Shown: piece by piece, positions 1 through 10,679 of the stretch
How the letters are laid out: every line of letters begins with the position of its first letter
Numbering within the stretch: position 1 is the stretch's first letter
Origin: a virus
Direction: 5' to 3' (one strand)
DNA length: 64,000 bases
IMG/VR virus record: IMGVR_UViG_3300022554_000002
Location: 130,474-194,473 of that record
The notes under the pieces: generated by a model
Databases searched by the model: none
Told to the model about the DNA's origin: nothing
What the model saw: the letters and a program-made list of their open reading frames with translations, nothing else
Program-made: the position numbers and the translations under genes

Positions 1-1622
1 AAACGTTTTAACTCATAGATTAAATTTTGATCTTCATAAAAGTCAAATTGACCCACATTAATAAGTGTTTTAAGATATGTATGTTCTTTGTAGCCAACAG
101 ACAATTCTTCAGCAATTATACCCATATTCCAACCATTTACTGTTTGAATTGGCTGTAAACTATTCCATTTATCAAATGTAACTTTTTTAATATTAAATCC
201 TTTACTAGTTTTAAGTAATTTTACAAATTCCAATAATTCACCTATGTTTAATTCTTTGCCCTTTGGTGTTTTAAATCTAACTGCTAAATCCATCACAATA
301 ACATATCCAAAAGTTGGATGTGCTTGTTTATGACACATAGCAAGACCACAACCACAGTGATTAGCCGTTGTACCTTTTGCCAAGTCTATATGAATATGAT
401 ATTCAGCATCACCAATAGCCCTGAACCACGGTGGTAGTTTTGTATAAACATCCATTGGACCTTCCGGTTTGTCTTTACCAGCATCGGGTGCGGGGTCTTG
501 ACGAGAATGATTAATACGAGAAAGTAATAACATATAATCTGGGTAGAATGGTTGACCGGCCACTGAAGGAATAGATTCCACGTCACGTAAAGTCTGAGTT
601 AAGTGATTGTCATATAATGGTTTAAGTTGAATTGGTGGGTGTAATGTAATTTCTTCAATTGTACCGTCTGCTCTTTCGCGTTTTATATTAATATCAAATC
701 GTTCACAATTTTTATATTCAGGTTTACAATCATATAGAGACAATCGTTTAAAATATGTGCTTGGATTTTCTAATGATTCTTCTTCTAATCGTTCTACGTA
801 ATCATCGTCAATGTTAGCGGATGAAATTAATAGAATTAATCCATTATTACCAAATCGTGAAAATTGTCGCTGTCGCATTTCATTAAATAGGTCTTCTGCT
901 GGATCAGACGATTTTTCTTTCCAGTTTGTAGCCTCGTCAATAACGCCAGCAAAAATATTATAGCCTAAAGTGAATGATTGACTAGAATTTCCCGGTAAAA
1001 TCAGTAATTTTGTAAAATCTCGTCTAAATGCTTCGTCCCAAATATTAAATCGTAGTTCTTTTACTGCTTTAGGATCAGGCATTAATTCATGATCACGAAT
1101 GAATTTAACTTCTTTCATAGCTTTAGTAGTATAATCAAATACAACTCGTCTTGCCTGTGTTGTAGTTTGTGCCATCATGATAAATGCGGTTGTTTGTGCA
1201 CTATCATAATTTAATCCTTGAGAGTTTCGTAGGTAAGCACCGAAATCTTTAAAATTTAGATACCAGTACCAAAGATATGCCAATGCCCAACCAGATAAAT
1301 AGGATTTACCAGAACCCTTTGCGGCAACAATAGCGGCAGTTTGATATTTTGGTGCATAGTATTTACCGCTAAAGATTTCTGTTAATACATCTGCTACCCA
1401 AGGATAAACAACCCGTCTTTGGCTATTATTACCAAATTCTGGTGATTCTATAAATTCTCTTGGACTAATCGGTGGACCATATAAAAATAAATCATCACCA
1501 TCAACATGTGTTGGAGATGTACACATTTCAGGAGATAAATTATATTTATTAGCACGATTTTTAATTCGTTCTTTTAATTGACTTAATGATTTTTGTACAT
1601 CTGGTTTTATGTTATCACTCAT
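1..1622 (-). CDS. terL: Terminase large subunit, 3' end truncated by window edge (absent from ORF track)
   Basis: Manual translation from ATG at 1622 (MSDNIKPDVQ...) stays open to the window edge. Walker A AAKGSGKS, Walker B GVIDEA, RNase H-like nuclease motifs HIHIDLA and VTFDKWNS. Confidence 0.9.
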   Translation of the reverse strand, partial: MSDNIKPDVQKSLSQLKERIKNRANKYNLSPEMCTSPTHVDGDDLFLYGPPISPREFIESPEFGNNSQRRVVYPWVADVLTEIFSGKYYAPKYQTAAIVAAKGSGKSYLSGWALAYLWYWYLNFKDFGAYLRNSQGLNYDSAQTTAFIMMAQTTTQARRVVFDYTTKAMKEVKFIRDHELMPDPKAVKELRFNIWDEAFRRDFTKLLILPGNSSQSFTLGYNIFAGVIDEATNWKEKSSDPAEDLFNEMRQRQFSRFGNNGLILLISSANIDDDYVERLEEESLENPSTYFKRLSLYDCKPEYKNCERFDINIKRERADGTIEEITLHPPIQLKPLYDNHLTQTLRDVESIPSVAGQPFYPDYMLLLSRINHSRQDPAPDAGKDKPEGPMDVYTKLPPWFRAIGDAEYHIHIDLAKGTTANHCGCGLAMCHKQAHPTFGYVIVMDLAVRFKTPKGKELNIGELLEFVKLLKTSKGFNIKKVTFDKWNSLQPIQTVNGWNMGIIAEELSVGYKEHTYLKTLINVGQFDFYEDQNLIYELKR

Positions 1623-1642
1623 TGATATATTTTCCTTTTCTA

Positions 1643-2845
1643 TTAGTAGTATTGTACGTGATTTGTATTTGAACCATTAGTATTTCCGGGGAAAAATGAT
1701 GCATTATTGGTATTTGTATATATTAATGAATTTAATGAAACTTCATATTTGGGACCAACTGTAGCCGCATTTTGCCCACTAAATGTTGTATTTTGTGCAC
1801 TAATTTCACCTAATTGTTCCGCCCAAACAAATCCACGAGTAGTTGTAACACGTTCACTAAAAATTACATTAGTGGAATCAATAGCAATAAAAGAACCTAC
1901 AATAGACCTAGCCAAAGAGTAGATATTTTTTGCTGCTATATTTATTTGTTTCGGGGTATCATTTGCTGCGACGAAAATTTTTCCACCATATTGTGCTATT
2001 AATGGTATACCTTGATTTCCTGCAAAAATAAGATTATTGTATGCCATACAACCCTGTATTTGACAATTTATTGATGGTTCATAACCTGATACACGAGATA
2101 CCAAGGTAATTTTCATATCCTGTACAATATATGGACATGGTGTTTCAGAATAAAATCCTGATGTTATACCAGAGAAAACTACATTTGTTCGTTCAGGATA
2201 ATCAGCATTTCCGGCTACTGTAATAGACGCTCCTGATAAGACGTTAACTCTAATCGCTCCTTGTTTACCGTAAAAAGATTTACAAATAATTCTTCCATCA
2301 TGAACATATGTACCATCATATAATTTTATAAAAGCTCGTTTATCAACCAAATCATAATTATTACAAATATGATCTATACTATACTGAATGGTTTGAAATG
2401 GTGATCCTGATTCGCCTGTATTCGTTATATCACTGCCAGTATCGGAATTAACATATATAGTTAAATCATTGGTTAATCTAGTTAATCCCGTAGCCGCCTC
2501 TAATGTTGTAATTCTTTGTTGATTATCAAGAGATAAAATATTTATACCAGATGCATATGTTTCTAATGCGGGGTTTGATCCCGATCCTGTTCCAGCCGTA
2601 CCAGATGCGTAAGATTCTACTTCAGCTAAATGTAGTTGAGTCCACTCACTTAATGTACCAATACCAGACGTATAATTAAGTAAAATATCATAATAATTTT
2701 TATTAATTACATCATTATCATTTGTCGGTACCTGTGGGGTTTGTATTAGTTGTAGTACCTTTGTTCCAGACACCACCTGATTGCTGGTCAAGTCAACATA
2801 GTTGGGTTGTGCTACTTGCAGTCTTGTTATGACACTTCCAGCCAT
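1643..2845 (-). CDS. Virion/tail-associated protein with C-terminal beta-helix-like domain
   Basis: PTNDNDVINKNYYD fibre-type motif, YASG repeats, and TIYVNSDTGSD...SPFQTIQ motif typical of the start of pectin-lyase-like domains. Adjacent to tail fibre and terL. Confidence 0.65.
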   Translation of the reverse strand: MAGSVITRLQVAQPNYVDLTSNQVVSGTKVLQLIQTPQVPTNDNDVINKNYYDILLNYTSGIGTLSEWTQLHLAEVESYASGTAGTGSGSNPALETYASGINILSLDNQQRITTLEAATGLTRLTNDLTIYVNSDTGSDITNTGESGSPFQTIQYSIDHICNNYDLVDKRAFIKLYDGTYVHDGRIICKSFYGKQGAIRVNVLSGASITVAGNADYPERTNVVFSGITSGFYSETPCPYIVQDMKITLVSRVSGYEPSINCQIQGCMAYNNLIFAGNQGIPLIAQYGGKIFVAANDTPKQINIAAKNIYSLARSIVGSFIAIDSTNVIFSERVTTTRGFVWAEQLGEISAQNTTFSGQNAATVGPKYEVSLNSLIYTNTNNASFFPGNTNGSNTNHVQYY

Positions 2846-2851
2846 TTTATG

Positions 2852-3376
2852 TTATCCTGTTTTTTGCATCTTGGCCATGGTTTCACGAATAGTAACTTTT
2901 GGATCAGTAGCATCGAATACAGTTAAATTAATATTATTAATTACTTCTAAAATTGCTTTTTTCTTTTCATCATCAGACAATTTTTCATCATTTGCAATTG
3001 TAACAATTTCGTCTTCTTTGGTATAATAATAAATAAATACTGTTTGCATCCAATTCCATACTAAATCTGTATAATCTGCTGCTTCCTTTAATCCTGCTAA
3101 TCGTGAGTCTGTTTGAAGCTTTTGTAATGATATTTGTCTATGAATTGGATATTTAGAATAGACATATTCTTTAGTTCTATCATCTAATATTTGTACTTGT
3201 TTTTTTGTGAATTCTTCAAGCGTGTCACGAATTTCAGGATTTTTTAGAAATTCTGCAAATTCTAACATTTCCTCACTATCTTCAGGAAGAAATTCTTGAT
3301 TCTCCCTCTGTTTTCTGGCATAGGTGCCACAAATGTAACCGTCTTTATCCCTGTCAATCCATCTGATTTCTGCCAT
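2852..3376 (-). CDS. Probable tail fibre assembly/chaperone protein
   Basis: Directly downstream of the fibre gene. N-terminal GTYARKQRENQEFLPEDSEE resembles small fibre-associated proteins. Confidence 0.45.
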   Translation of the reverse strand: MAEIRWIDRDKDGYICGTYARKQRENQEFLPEDSEEMLEFAEFLKNPEIRDTLEEFTKKQVQILDDRTKEYVYSKYPIHRQISLQKLQTDSRLAGLKEAADYTDLVWNWMQTVFIYYYTKEDEIVTIANDEKLSDDEKKKAILEVINNINLTVFDATDPKVTIRETMAKMQKTG

Positions 3377-3378
3377 GA

Positions 3379-5904
3379 TTATGCGTCCTTTCCTCTTGGG
3401 TCAAACCATCCATACGTCCACATGCAAGCAACCGATTGTTTCGTATTTGCTCGCATTCTCAATTGTGCAGATGTATTTGTTCTAAAAATATTTCCTGCTG
3501 GTCCCTGCGTTACGCCAGTTCCTCCCTCCGTCACTTGCAGCGAATTTTGATTTCCGTTAGCAGGCGCGACATCGGTAACAAGTGGTGATGACGTATACGT
3601 TGATATTGTGTTTAATGCTTTATATCCGTATGTTGTTACTTGCGCTAGAACTTCAACACCTGTGGGGACACTTATTGTGTACAACGTTGCACTGGTGCCT
3701 AATGTTGCCGATGCATTTACGTCGTATACAGGCGTCTTCCACAGGAACAAATCACCATACTGTGTATAGGCGATAATATTTGCACTTCCATTCGTCAATA
3801 CTGCACCAATTCTTCGTTTGAAATCATAGTTTGCTGGCATTGTTGGTGCTGTTGCAGATGTACTGAATAACGCATCAACTACACCCGTATCACTACGCTT
3901 AATTAGCCACACATGGTACCATGTAGCATTGCCAACTGAGCCTGTATCAAGACCACCATTGCCCGAACCTACAGCCCATGACGCATCAATTCTCTTTGTT
4001 ATTGCTGCTGACAAAACTAAATCAGCAGCATTTGTAGAATCCCTACAGGCACCAGCGGCAATATCAATATTATGGTCTGCATCTGTTCCATTATTACTGG
4101 TGATTAATCCGTCAATATATCCACGTGGCAAGCCTGTAGCAGTTGATCCAGTGGTCATAGCCCTACGCATGGTTTCAATACCAGATGCATAATTCTTAGT
4201 ATATGCAATATCGGCGTGGTCATAGGTAATTTCGTGACTATGAACTGCACCATATTGTTCAGCGAAACCTTGCCATGATTGTACGCCGTCTGCTGGATTC
4301 TTATAAACGTAATATGATTGTCCATTGCCAACATTAATGCTGAACCACTGAGTGCCGGAATCTAGTGTATTTGCCGCTGGACGATCTGCATGTAATCCAT
4401 AGAGGATTTTAGAACCTACCCACATTCTACGCATGGTTTCAATACCAGATGCATAGGTAGTTAGTGCTGTAGTATCGCCACCAGTAACCATTGCACGTCT
4501 TAAAGTTTCGATACCTGAAGCATATTCTGTTAACTCTTGTAAATCAACAATAACACCAGATAGTGTATTAGTATTTGATGTTAATTCATTTTGTACAAGA
4601 ATTAATTGACCATTAATACCAGATGCATAGGTTGTTACTGCTGTGGTATCACCACCAGTAACCATTTGCCTACGCATAGATTCAATACCAGAGGCATATG
4701 CTTCTATTGCTGTGGTGTCACCACCAGTAGAGGAACCAGAAACACCATTTAAAACACCACGGTAGCTAACTACGATGCCTTTTGTGTCACTAATGGCAAT
4801 CATTACAGGTTTTGAAATAGTACCGCTTGTAATTGGTTCAGTTGGTGTTAACTCACCTAAGTTATCAGCAGACAGGAAGTACACAATACCGGGAATTAAA
4901 CCGCTTTGATTTTCAATTTCACCCTCAAATACAGCAGTAAATTGATTACCTGATGTAGATTCAATGATAGCAACTGATTCAGCAGTAACAATATTGTCTG
5001 CTTTAGCTTTTGCCCACTGTTCACCAGTGGTTCTATAAATTGCATTTAATGCAGAAAAATCGTGTGTTTGAATATAAGTTTGACGAATGCTTGATCCGGT
5101 AGCCGTAGACGTACCACCAGCAGGTCTTGCACCTATTCCTGAAGCATATTCTGTTAACTCTCTTAAATCAGTAATAATGCCTGATGTTGTATTAGTATTT
5201 GATGTTAATTCATTTTGTACAAGAATTAATTGATTATTGATACCAGATGCATAAGATTCTAACACAGGATTGGAAGAAACCATGACCCGACGCATAGACT
5301 CAATACCGGATGCGTAGGATTCAATTTCTCGTGAATCAATAATTAATCCCGATAATGTATTACTAGCAGCAGTTTGATTTATTTGAATTACATTTAGTAG
5401 CGTTTTTGTTCCAGAAGCATAACCAGTAATATAGTAAATATTTGATTGGTTAACAATTGCTAACGCACCAATACCAGATATATATGGTTCTAGTGCTGGA
5501 TTTGAACCACCACCAGACAAAATCATTGAATCTACATAATGTTTATTAGTTAAATCGGCAGGAATGGTTGGCCAACGATATTGTAACGCTCTTTCAAAGG
5601 ATTTAATACCAGATAAATTCTGGTTTCCTTGAGTTCTAATATATGTAATAATGTCGGCTAAGTGGGCAGATGTTATAACACCAGAAGCAATATTTTCTGG
5701 AACTGTAATAATCTCGCCTAAGTCGGTTCCAGAGGTTAATTTATCTCCGGTAATAGTCCCATTGGCTATTAATTCGTTAGTGATTGCTTCTAAGGAGATG
5801 TGTCTTGTTTGAATATAACCATCTTGTATGTCAGGATTTGGGTAAGCACCTTGTAAGGCACCACCCGCAGCATCACCATATCTAATTGGGTCAGTTAAAG
5901 CCAA
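3379..5904 (-). CDS. Tail fibre protein, 841 aa, TTG start
   Basis: Gly/Ser/Thr-rich; PTIPADLTNKHYVD motif; about ten YASG(I) repeats; C-terminal GYIDGL...IDIAAGACRD...TWYHVWLI...KRRIG module common in phage fibres. Confidence 0.75.
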   Translation of the reverse strand: MALTDPIRYGDAAGGALQGAYPNPDIQDGYIQTRHISLEAITNELIANGTITGDKLTSGTDLGEIITVPENIASGVITSAHLADIITYIRTQGNQNLSGIKSFERALQYRWPTIPADLTNKHYVDSMILSGGGSNPALEPYISGIGALAIVNQSNIYYITGYASGTKTLLNVIQINQTAASNTLSGLIIDSREIESYASGIESMRRVMVSSNPVLESYASGINNQLILVQNELTSNTNTTSGIITDLRELTEYASGIGARPAGGTSTATGSSIRQTYIQTHDFSALNAIYRTTGEQWAKAKADNIVTAESVAIIESTSGNQFTAVFEGEIENQSGLIPGIVYFLSADNLGELTPTEPITSGTISKPVMIAISDTKGIVVSYRGVLNGVSGSSTGGDTTAIEAYASGIESMRRQMVTGGDTTAVTTYASGINGQLILVQNELTSNTNTLSGVIVDLQELTEYASGIETLRRAMVTGGDTTALTTYASGIETMRRMWVGSKILYGLHADRPAANTLDSGTQWFSINVGNGQSYYVYKNPADGVQSWQGFAEQYGAVHSHEITYDHADIAYTKNYASGIETMRRAMTTGSTATGLPRGYIDGLITSNNGTDADHNIDIAAGACRDSTNAADLVLSAAITKRIDASWAVGSGNGGLDTGSVGNATWYHVWLIKRSDTGVVDALFSTSATAPTMPANYDFKRRIGAVLTNGSANIIAYTQYGDLFLWKTPVYDVNASATLGTSATLYTISVPTGVEVLAQVTTYGYKALNTISTYTSSPLVTDVAPANGNQNSLQVTEGGTGVTQGPAGNIFRTNTSAQLRMRANTKQSVACMWTYGWFDPRGKDA
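4514..5253. repeat. Internal duplication in the tail fibre gene (4514-4629 and 5138-5253)
   Basis: Two similar blocks of about 116 bp, 624 bp apart (in frame), sharing cctgaagcatattctgttaactct and tgtattagtatttgatgttaattcattttgtacaagaattaattga. Confidence 0.9.
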
Positions 5905-5909
5905 GGTTC

Positions 5910-5996
5910 ATTCCCTGCTGGTTCGACCTAACAGGAATACCGCCCATCAGAGACGGTACTTTCCATAGTAATATAATCGTTAATTAGGCAGGGAAT
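5910..5996 (-). promoter_or_regulatory. Structured leader that pairs with the tail fibre ribosome-binding site
   Basis: Nested inverted repeats ATTCCCTG 5910-5917 / CAGGGAAT 5989-5996, CCTAA/TTAGG and TACCG/CGGTA. The minus-strand AGGGA SD upstream of TTG 5904 lies in the outer stem. Confidence 0.6.
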
Positions 5997-6019
5997 TGCT
6001 GTTTAGGAAGGAAAAATTA

Positions 6020-7169
6020 TTACAAAATTGGTTTTGTTTTACGAATACCAGTTTCACACTCAATACAGATATTGTCATTTGGACGTACAGACTTAATACG
6101 CACTTTAGCACCACATTTACAACATTTGCCTTCAAACATATAAATTGTGGCTTTTAGTTTTCCATCACAGTAGAGAGTTGTATTATTCTGTCTCATTGAG
6201 TGCACTCTGTGCCTTATTAATTCTAGCATCCTCTAAAGTTTGAAATGATATTTCTCGTAAAGACCCTTTTAGTAATGGAAAATCTCGTCCGAACCCAACT
6301 CCGAACACTTTAATTTCAACAGAACTTGCACCTTCATCTACTTGGTATAATCCGGTAAATGAGCGTCTTTCATCCGGTCCTAACCCACGTAATCCAACTT
6401 TTGATTCAACACGAATAATATCACCTGTTTCACAATCTACAGGTTTTTGGTACCACATTCTTGTATATCGTTGTGCTAAAGGAGTTAAATAAATTCCTTC
6501 GTCATCTTTTTGAATTTCAACTTTAGAATCATTAATAAATATTTCCAACTTAGAACCTTCTTTCAGGTTCTTACAAAATCCAATTTGTACAAATATTTTA
6601 GTGCTCATTTAATTCTCAATAATGTTATTTTCTTCGTCATTAACAAAAGATAAAAATAAAAGAAATATGGCATTAGAAAATGTTTTTAAAAACCTATTGG
6701 GATGAAATAAAATTTCCCAAGTAAAAAATATTCGTAATTTCCAAGGAACAGTTTCAAATGTTAAAGGTTTTGCACTTTCAATAATTCGTTTTCGGTCAGC
6801 TTCAACTATTTGTTTAATTTTATTTACTATAATTTCCTGTCCCGTTACTTGCCCAACATTTCCTAATCCATAAATTTCTTTGGCTGTTTCTAACATTAAC
6901 TTAGTAGTGTAAACCATGTTGTTCTCATTTCTATTTTATGTTGCGTTAGATTCCTGTTCATTATCAATATGCCAATCTTCAATATCATAGTCGTAATCAT
7001 CTACAAAATCATCATAAATACCCTGCTGTTGTAATATCATAGTTTCTAACTCTTGTTTAAAGTCTATAATTTTTTCTAATACTTCTTTGTCAATTTCCTT
7101 ATGTCGTTTCATTTCATTTGTGGCCATACTTAACAGACTTACAATTTTTTGCTGTGATTCTGGTATCAT
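6020..7169 (-). CDS. Four hypothetical proteins (6020-6229 Zn-ribbon-like, 6183-6608, 6609-6917, 6936-7169)
   Basis: Tightly packed co-oriented ORFs; CxxC pairs in 6020-6229; no family recognised. Confidence 0.6.
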
Positions 7170-7233
7170 AGTATGTCTCCTATACCTTTCCCATTAGATA
7201 TTATACAGTCATAACACAAATTGTCAAGTTAAT

Positions 7234-9693
7234 TTAGCCACATTTAGACCAACCACAATCTCTACATGTAATACAGCCTGATTCACGAGCTAGATTCGTG
7301 GATTTACAAGCAGGACATTCTTCACCTGTAACTTTAGTACCATCAACGACGTATGATTTTAGAACACGTGCAATTGCTTTGGCAAAACTGTTCCAATCGC
7401 CTTCCACCTTTTCTAATTGATGAACAATAAATGCTACGTCAGCACCATGTCGTAATGAGGCAGAAATAAGTCTTGTTATTGCTGCTTCTTCGGGTTCTAG
7501 TGCCTTGTGTGTATCCTTGACTAAAACTTCACCTTTATCAGTTTTAACTACATAATGTCCACGTGTAATTTTACTAATTGTACCATGTTGTTTGTCATGT
7601 GCAATTAGATTTTCATCATTGGTATGCATGGCAAATACCTCATATGGATCATTGCCAAAATTACCAACAATGATAAGAATTTTAGATTTCTTATTTGGCA
7701 ATATAAATAAATCACAGGGTAAGCTTTTTGGTCGTTTAGGAGCATGAGTTTTTGTAATACTAGTGAGTAATGTTTCTGCTTTTTTGGATATTAATACTCC
7801 ATCTCTGCAACCTTCACGATAAATTGTAATTCCTTTACAGCCAGCTTTCCATGCTGTTTCATAGATTTCGGCAGTCTTCTCGTAACTTATATCTTTTGGT
7901 AAATTGATTGTTGACGAGATACTATGATCTACATGCTTTTGTATTGCTGCTTGAAGTTTAACACGATTAATCCAATCTATATCCATTGCACAACAATTAT
8001 TCCAAGGAGATTTTTTAAGGTCTGTCTCTCCTGTAACTTCTTTCCACATAGCAACTTTAGGATGGTACACAGTATACTCTTGCCACTTGTCACCATTCTT
8101 GTCAATAAAATCAGGTTTTACAGTTTCAGCATGTGTAATTTTTCGTCTTCGTATATAAGAAAGTTTATATACTGGTTCCACACCAGAACTCGTCTGTGTT
8201 AAAATACTAACCGATCCTGTAGGTGCTGTAGTAAGTAATGAGATGTTCCTACGTCCTGATTTACTCATTCGTTTATACAGGTCAGCACCAGAGACAGTTT
8301 CTCCCTCACCCAACGAAATAGTTTCATCTTTGAAACGATTAAGAAATTCATTGTCTTTTTCTAATTCAAAATTCCAAATAGGGAATGGTCCAATTTCTTC
8401 TGCCATTTCAATTGACGATTCATATGCTGCAAATTTAATCGTCCGATAAATTTTCTCTGCTTTAGCAATACTTTCCTTACTGCCATACTGAATTCCAAGA
8501 GCAGCTAAAGCATCACCAAGAGCCGTAATACCTGTTCCTGTTCTACGACCATTCATGCATTTTTCTTTAATTTTATGCCACAGATTAAGTTCTGTTTGTT
8601 TGGTTTCTTTTGGTTCAGGATCATTTTTAATTTTTGTAATAATTCGATCAATATGTTCAAGTTCTAAATCAATTAAATTATCCATTAACCTCTGTGTAAT
8701 TTTTGCAATATTATAAAATTGTTTAAAATCAAATTTTGCATATTTAGTAAATGGATTTAACACAAAAGAGAATAGATTGATTGCCATTAAACGACAAGAA
8801 TCATATGCACAAAGTGGTAACTCAGCACATGGATTTGTTGCAATTGTTTGAAACCCAACCGAAGCATATGAGTCAGCAGGAGAATTTCGGATAATGTTAT
8901 CCCAAAATAACAATCCCGGTTCAGCCCAATCTCTTGCAGCAGCAATAATTTCCTTCCAAACCTTCTTAGCACTGATCTTTTGTGTTATCTTTGGTATTCC
9001 GGTTACAGGCCAACGAAGCTCATACTCAGTATCCTTTTCAACCGCTTTCAAAAACTCATCCGTAAGTTTAATAGAGATGTTGGCACCAGTAACTTTTGTC
9101 AAGTCTTGTTTAATTTTACAAAATTCTAATATTTCAGGATGGTGAACTGAAACACAAATCATTAAGGCACCACGTCTATTTGCTTGACCAACTTCACGAA
9201 TAGAATTGGAAAAGCGTTCCATGAATGGAATAATGCCAGTAGATGAGTGTGAGGAATTAGTTGTCAATGTGCCATTAGGACGCAAACAAGAAACATCAAG
9301 GCCAGAACCACCCCTACGCTTACAGATTTGTACTATCTCTTGATCTGCTTGGCAAATACCACCATAAGAATCTTGTAAATCTACAACAAAACAATTTGAT
9401 AAGCTTATATATTTACTTTTATTACCAATTCCATACATTGGACTACCTTGTGGCACGATCCATTTAAAATGATCAAACCATTGAAATATGTCTTCCTTGG
9501 TTAAAGGCTTTTTAAATTTCTTGGCATCAATCCTAGCAAGTTCTGTTGCCATTCGCCAATGCATGTCTGTAGGTGTTTTTTCTAAATAAGTTCCCTCTTC
9601 ATTCTTTAAGGCATATTTTAGAAAAACATCGGCAGGAAGTGCGTCATTAAAGTATTCTGTAGAGGCTTTTACAACCTCTTCTTTACTGAACAT
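7234..9693 (-). CDS. nrdJ: Class II (adenosylcobalamin-dependent) ribonucleotide reductase
   Basis: PQGSPM, SLSNCFV, RRGG.G, TNPCAEL, TTAPTGS, ISSTINLP, CKGITIYREG, and C-terminal Zn ribbon CPAC...GCITCRDCGWSKC. No nrdB nearby. Confidence 0.92.
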   Translation of the reverse strand: MFSKEEVVKASTEYFNDALPADVFLKYALKNEEGTYLEKTPTDMHWRMATELARIDAKKFKKPLTKEDIFQWFDHFKWIVPQGSPMYGIGNKSKYISLSNCFVVDLQDSYGGICQADQEIVQICKRRGGSGLDVSCLRPNGTLTTNSSHSSTGIIPFMERFSNSIREVGQANRRGALMICVSVHHPEILEFCKIKQDLTKVTGANISIKLTDEFLKAVEKDTEYELRWPVTGIPKITQKISAKKVWKEIIAAARDWAEPGLLFWDNIIRNSPADSYASVGFQTIATNPCAELPLCAYDSCRLMAINLFSFVLNPFTKYAKFDFKQFYNIAKITQRLMDNLIDLELEHIDRIITKIKNDPEPKETKQTELNLWHKIKEKCMNGRRTGTGITALGDALAALGIQYGSKESIAKAEKIYRTIKFAAYESSIEMAEEIGPFPIWNFELEKDNEFLNRFKDETISLGEGETVSGADLYKRMSKSGRRNISLLTTAPTGSVSILTQTSSGVEPVYKLSYIRRRKITHAETVKPDFIDKNGDKWQEYTVYHPKVAMWKEVTGETDLKKSPWNNCCAMDIDWINRVKLQAAIQKHVDHSISSTINLPKDISYEKTAEIYETAWKAGCKGITIYREGCRDGVLISKKAETLLTSITKTHAPKRPKSLPCDLFILPNKKSKILIIVGNFGNDPYEVFAMHTNDENLIAHDKQHGTISKITRGHYVVKTDKGEVLVKDTHKALEPEEAAITRLISASLRHGADVAFIVHQLEKVEGDWNSFAKAIARVLKSYVVDGTKVTGEECPACKSTNLARESGCITCRDCGWSKCG

Positions 9694-9745
9694 TTATCAC
9701 TCCGAAGATCATTACAAGGTAATTATTGAAGTTTATCCCACTCTC

Positions 9746-10225
9746 TTACTCAGTATAATCTTGAAACCATGATGGAATTGGCCTAGTCGTCCACTTTGCA
9801 AATCGACGTTTTTCTCCTTTGTAATAATTTCTATAAGCTGTTACAGGATTTGGATTTTTATACTGTTCAGGCATACATTGTGCAAAGGGAGTTTGACTAA
9901 TTTGAGAAAAATTAATTTTATGGCTGTTTGAAACCATTTCCTTAATCAAAGCCTCACACTTATGTATTTTACCATAACGATGTGTATACTCTTTACAAAG
10001 ACATAGCGCCATATTGCTTAACCATTTAAAATTTTCTAAAGACGCAGAAGCCCAAATAGAAGCTGGATGATTTTTATGTGTTTGTTTGTATACACCCTGT
10101 AAATTATGTTTCCAAAAGGCATTAGAGAGAAGCTGTGTGGATTCAAGAATCATCTTTACTGTGTGTTTGTCGCAATGATATTCTGCTGCAAGCATTGGGT
10201 CTTCATCTAACACGAAGATATTCAT
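9746..10225 (-). CDS. Pyrimidine-dimer DNA glycosylase (DenV/Pyr_excise-like)
   Basis: MNIFVLDEDP...HCDKHTVKMILE, THKNHP, EYTHRYGKIH, AYRNYY signature. Confidence 0.75.
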   Translation of the reverse strand: MNIFVLDEDPMLAAEYHCDKHTVKMILESTQLLSNAFWKHNLQGVYKQTHKNHPASIWASASLENFKWLSNMALCLCKEYTHRYGKIHKCEALIKEMVSNSHKINFSQISQTPFAQCMPEQYKNPNPVTAYRNYYKGEKRRFAKWTTRPIPSWFQDYTE

Positions 10226-10265
10226 GTCTATATTATACTACCTGTTGTGGTTTTGTCAAGAGAAT

Positions 10266-10634
10266 TTAGTTCAGCTTCTTGACCGCTTCTTCTGACCAGT
10301 ACGTTTCAGTAGTCCAGTTGGGATTCTTGGTGAAGCAGACATATCGAAGAGTCTCACCGTTGGTAAGGTGCAGTAGAAGTGTGGGCTTGGAAAGTTCAAC
10401 GGAACTAGTGGTGTGAGCAATCGACCCAAGGTGCACAACTTCCCACTTTTCAGGATTGCGAATCTTACCATTCTCAAAGATTACAATTGCACAGGTTTTA
10501 ACTTCCTCATTCTTTTCGTTTCGACGCATGATGCAGGCTTCAGCACTGGCAATTTTTGCACCAAACTCGTTGATAAGCACTGCCGCCTTAATCCAGTTGA
10601 AGATGTTGTAGGTGAAAGTCATGTTCAGGTTCAT
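10266..10634 (-). CDS. Hypothetical protein with its own promoter
   Basis: Codon usage GC-richer than neighbours; SD GGAGAAGG; sigma70-type promoter at about 10655-10683. Confidence 0.65.
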   Translation of the reverse strand: MNLNMTFTYNIFNWIKAAVLINEFGAKIASAEACIMRRNEKNEEVKTCAIVIFENGKIRNPEKWEVVHLGSIAHTTSSVELSKPTLLLHLTNGETLRYVCFTKNPNWTTETYWSEEAVKKLN

Positions 10635-10679
10635 TTCCTTCTCCTTTCATTAGTATTATACTGCTATTACTAATGAAAG

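Noticed and set aside
1-9693. Inteins or introns in terL and nrdJ
   Set aside because: Motif spacing and lengths are normal; no intein junction or LAGLIDADG-like segments were seen.
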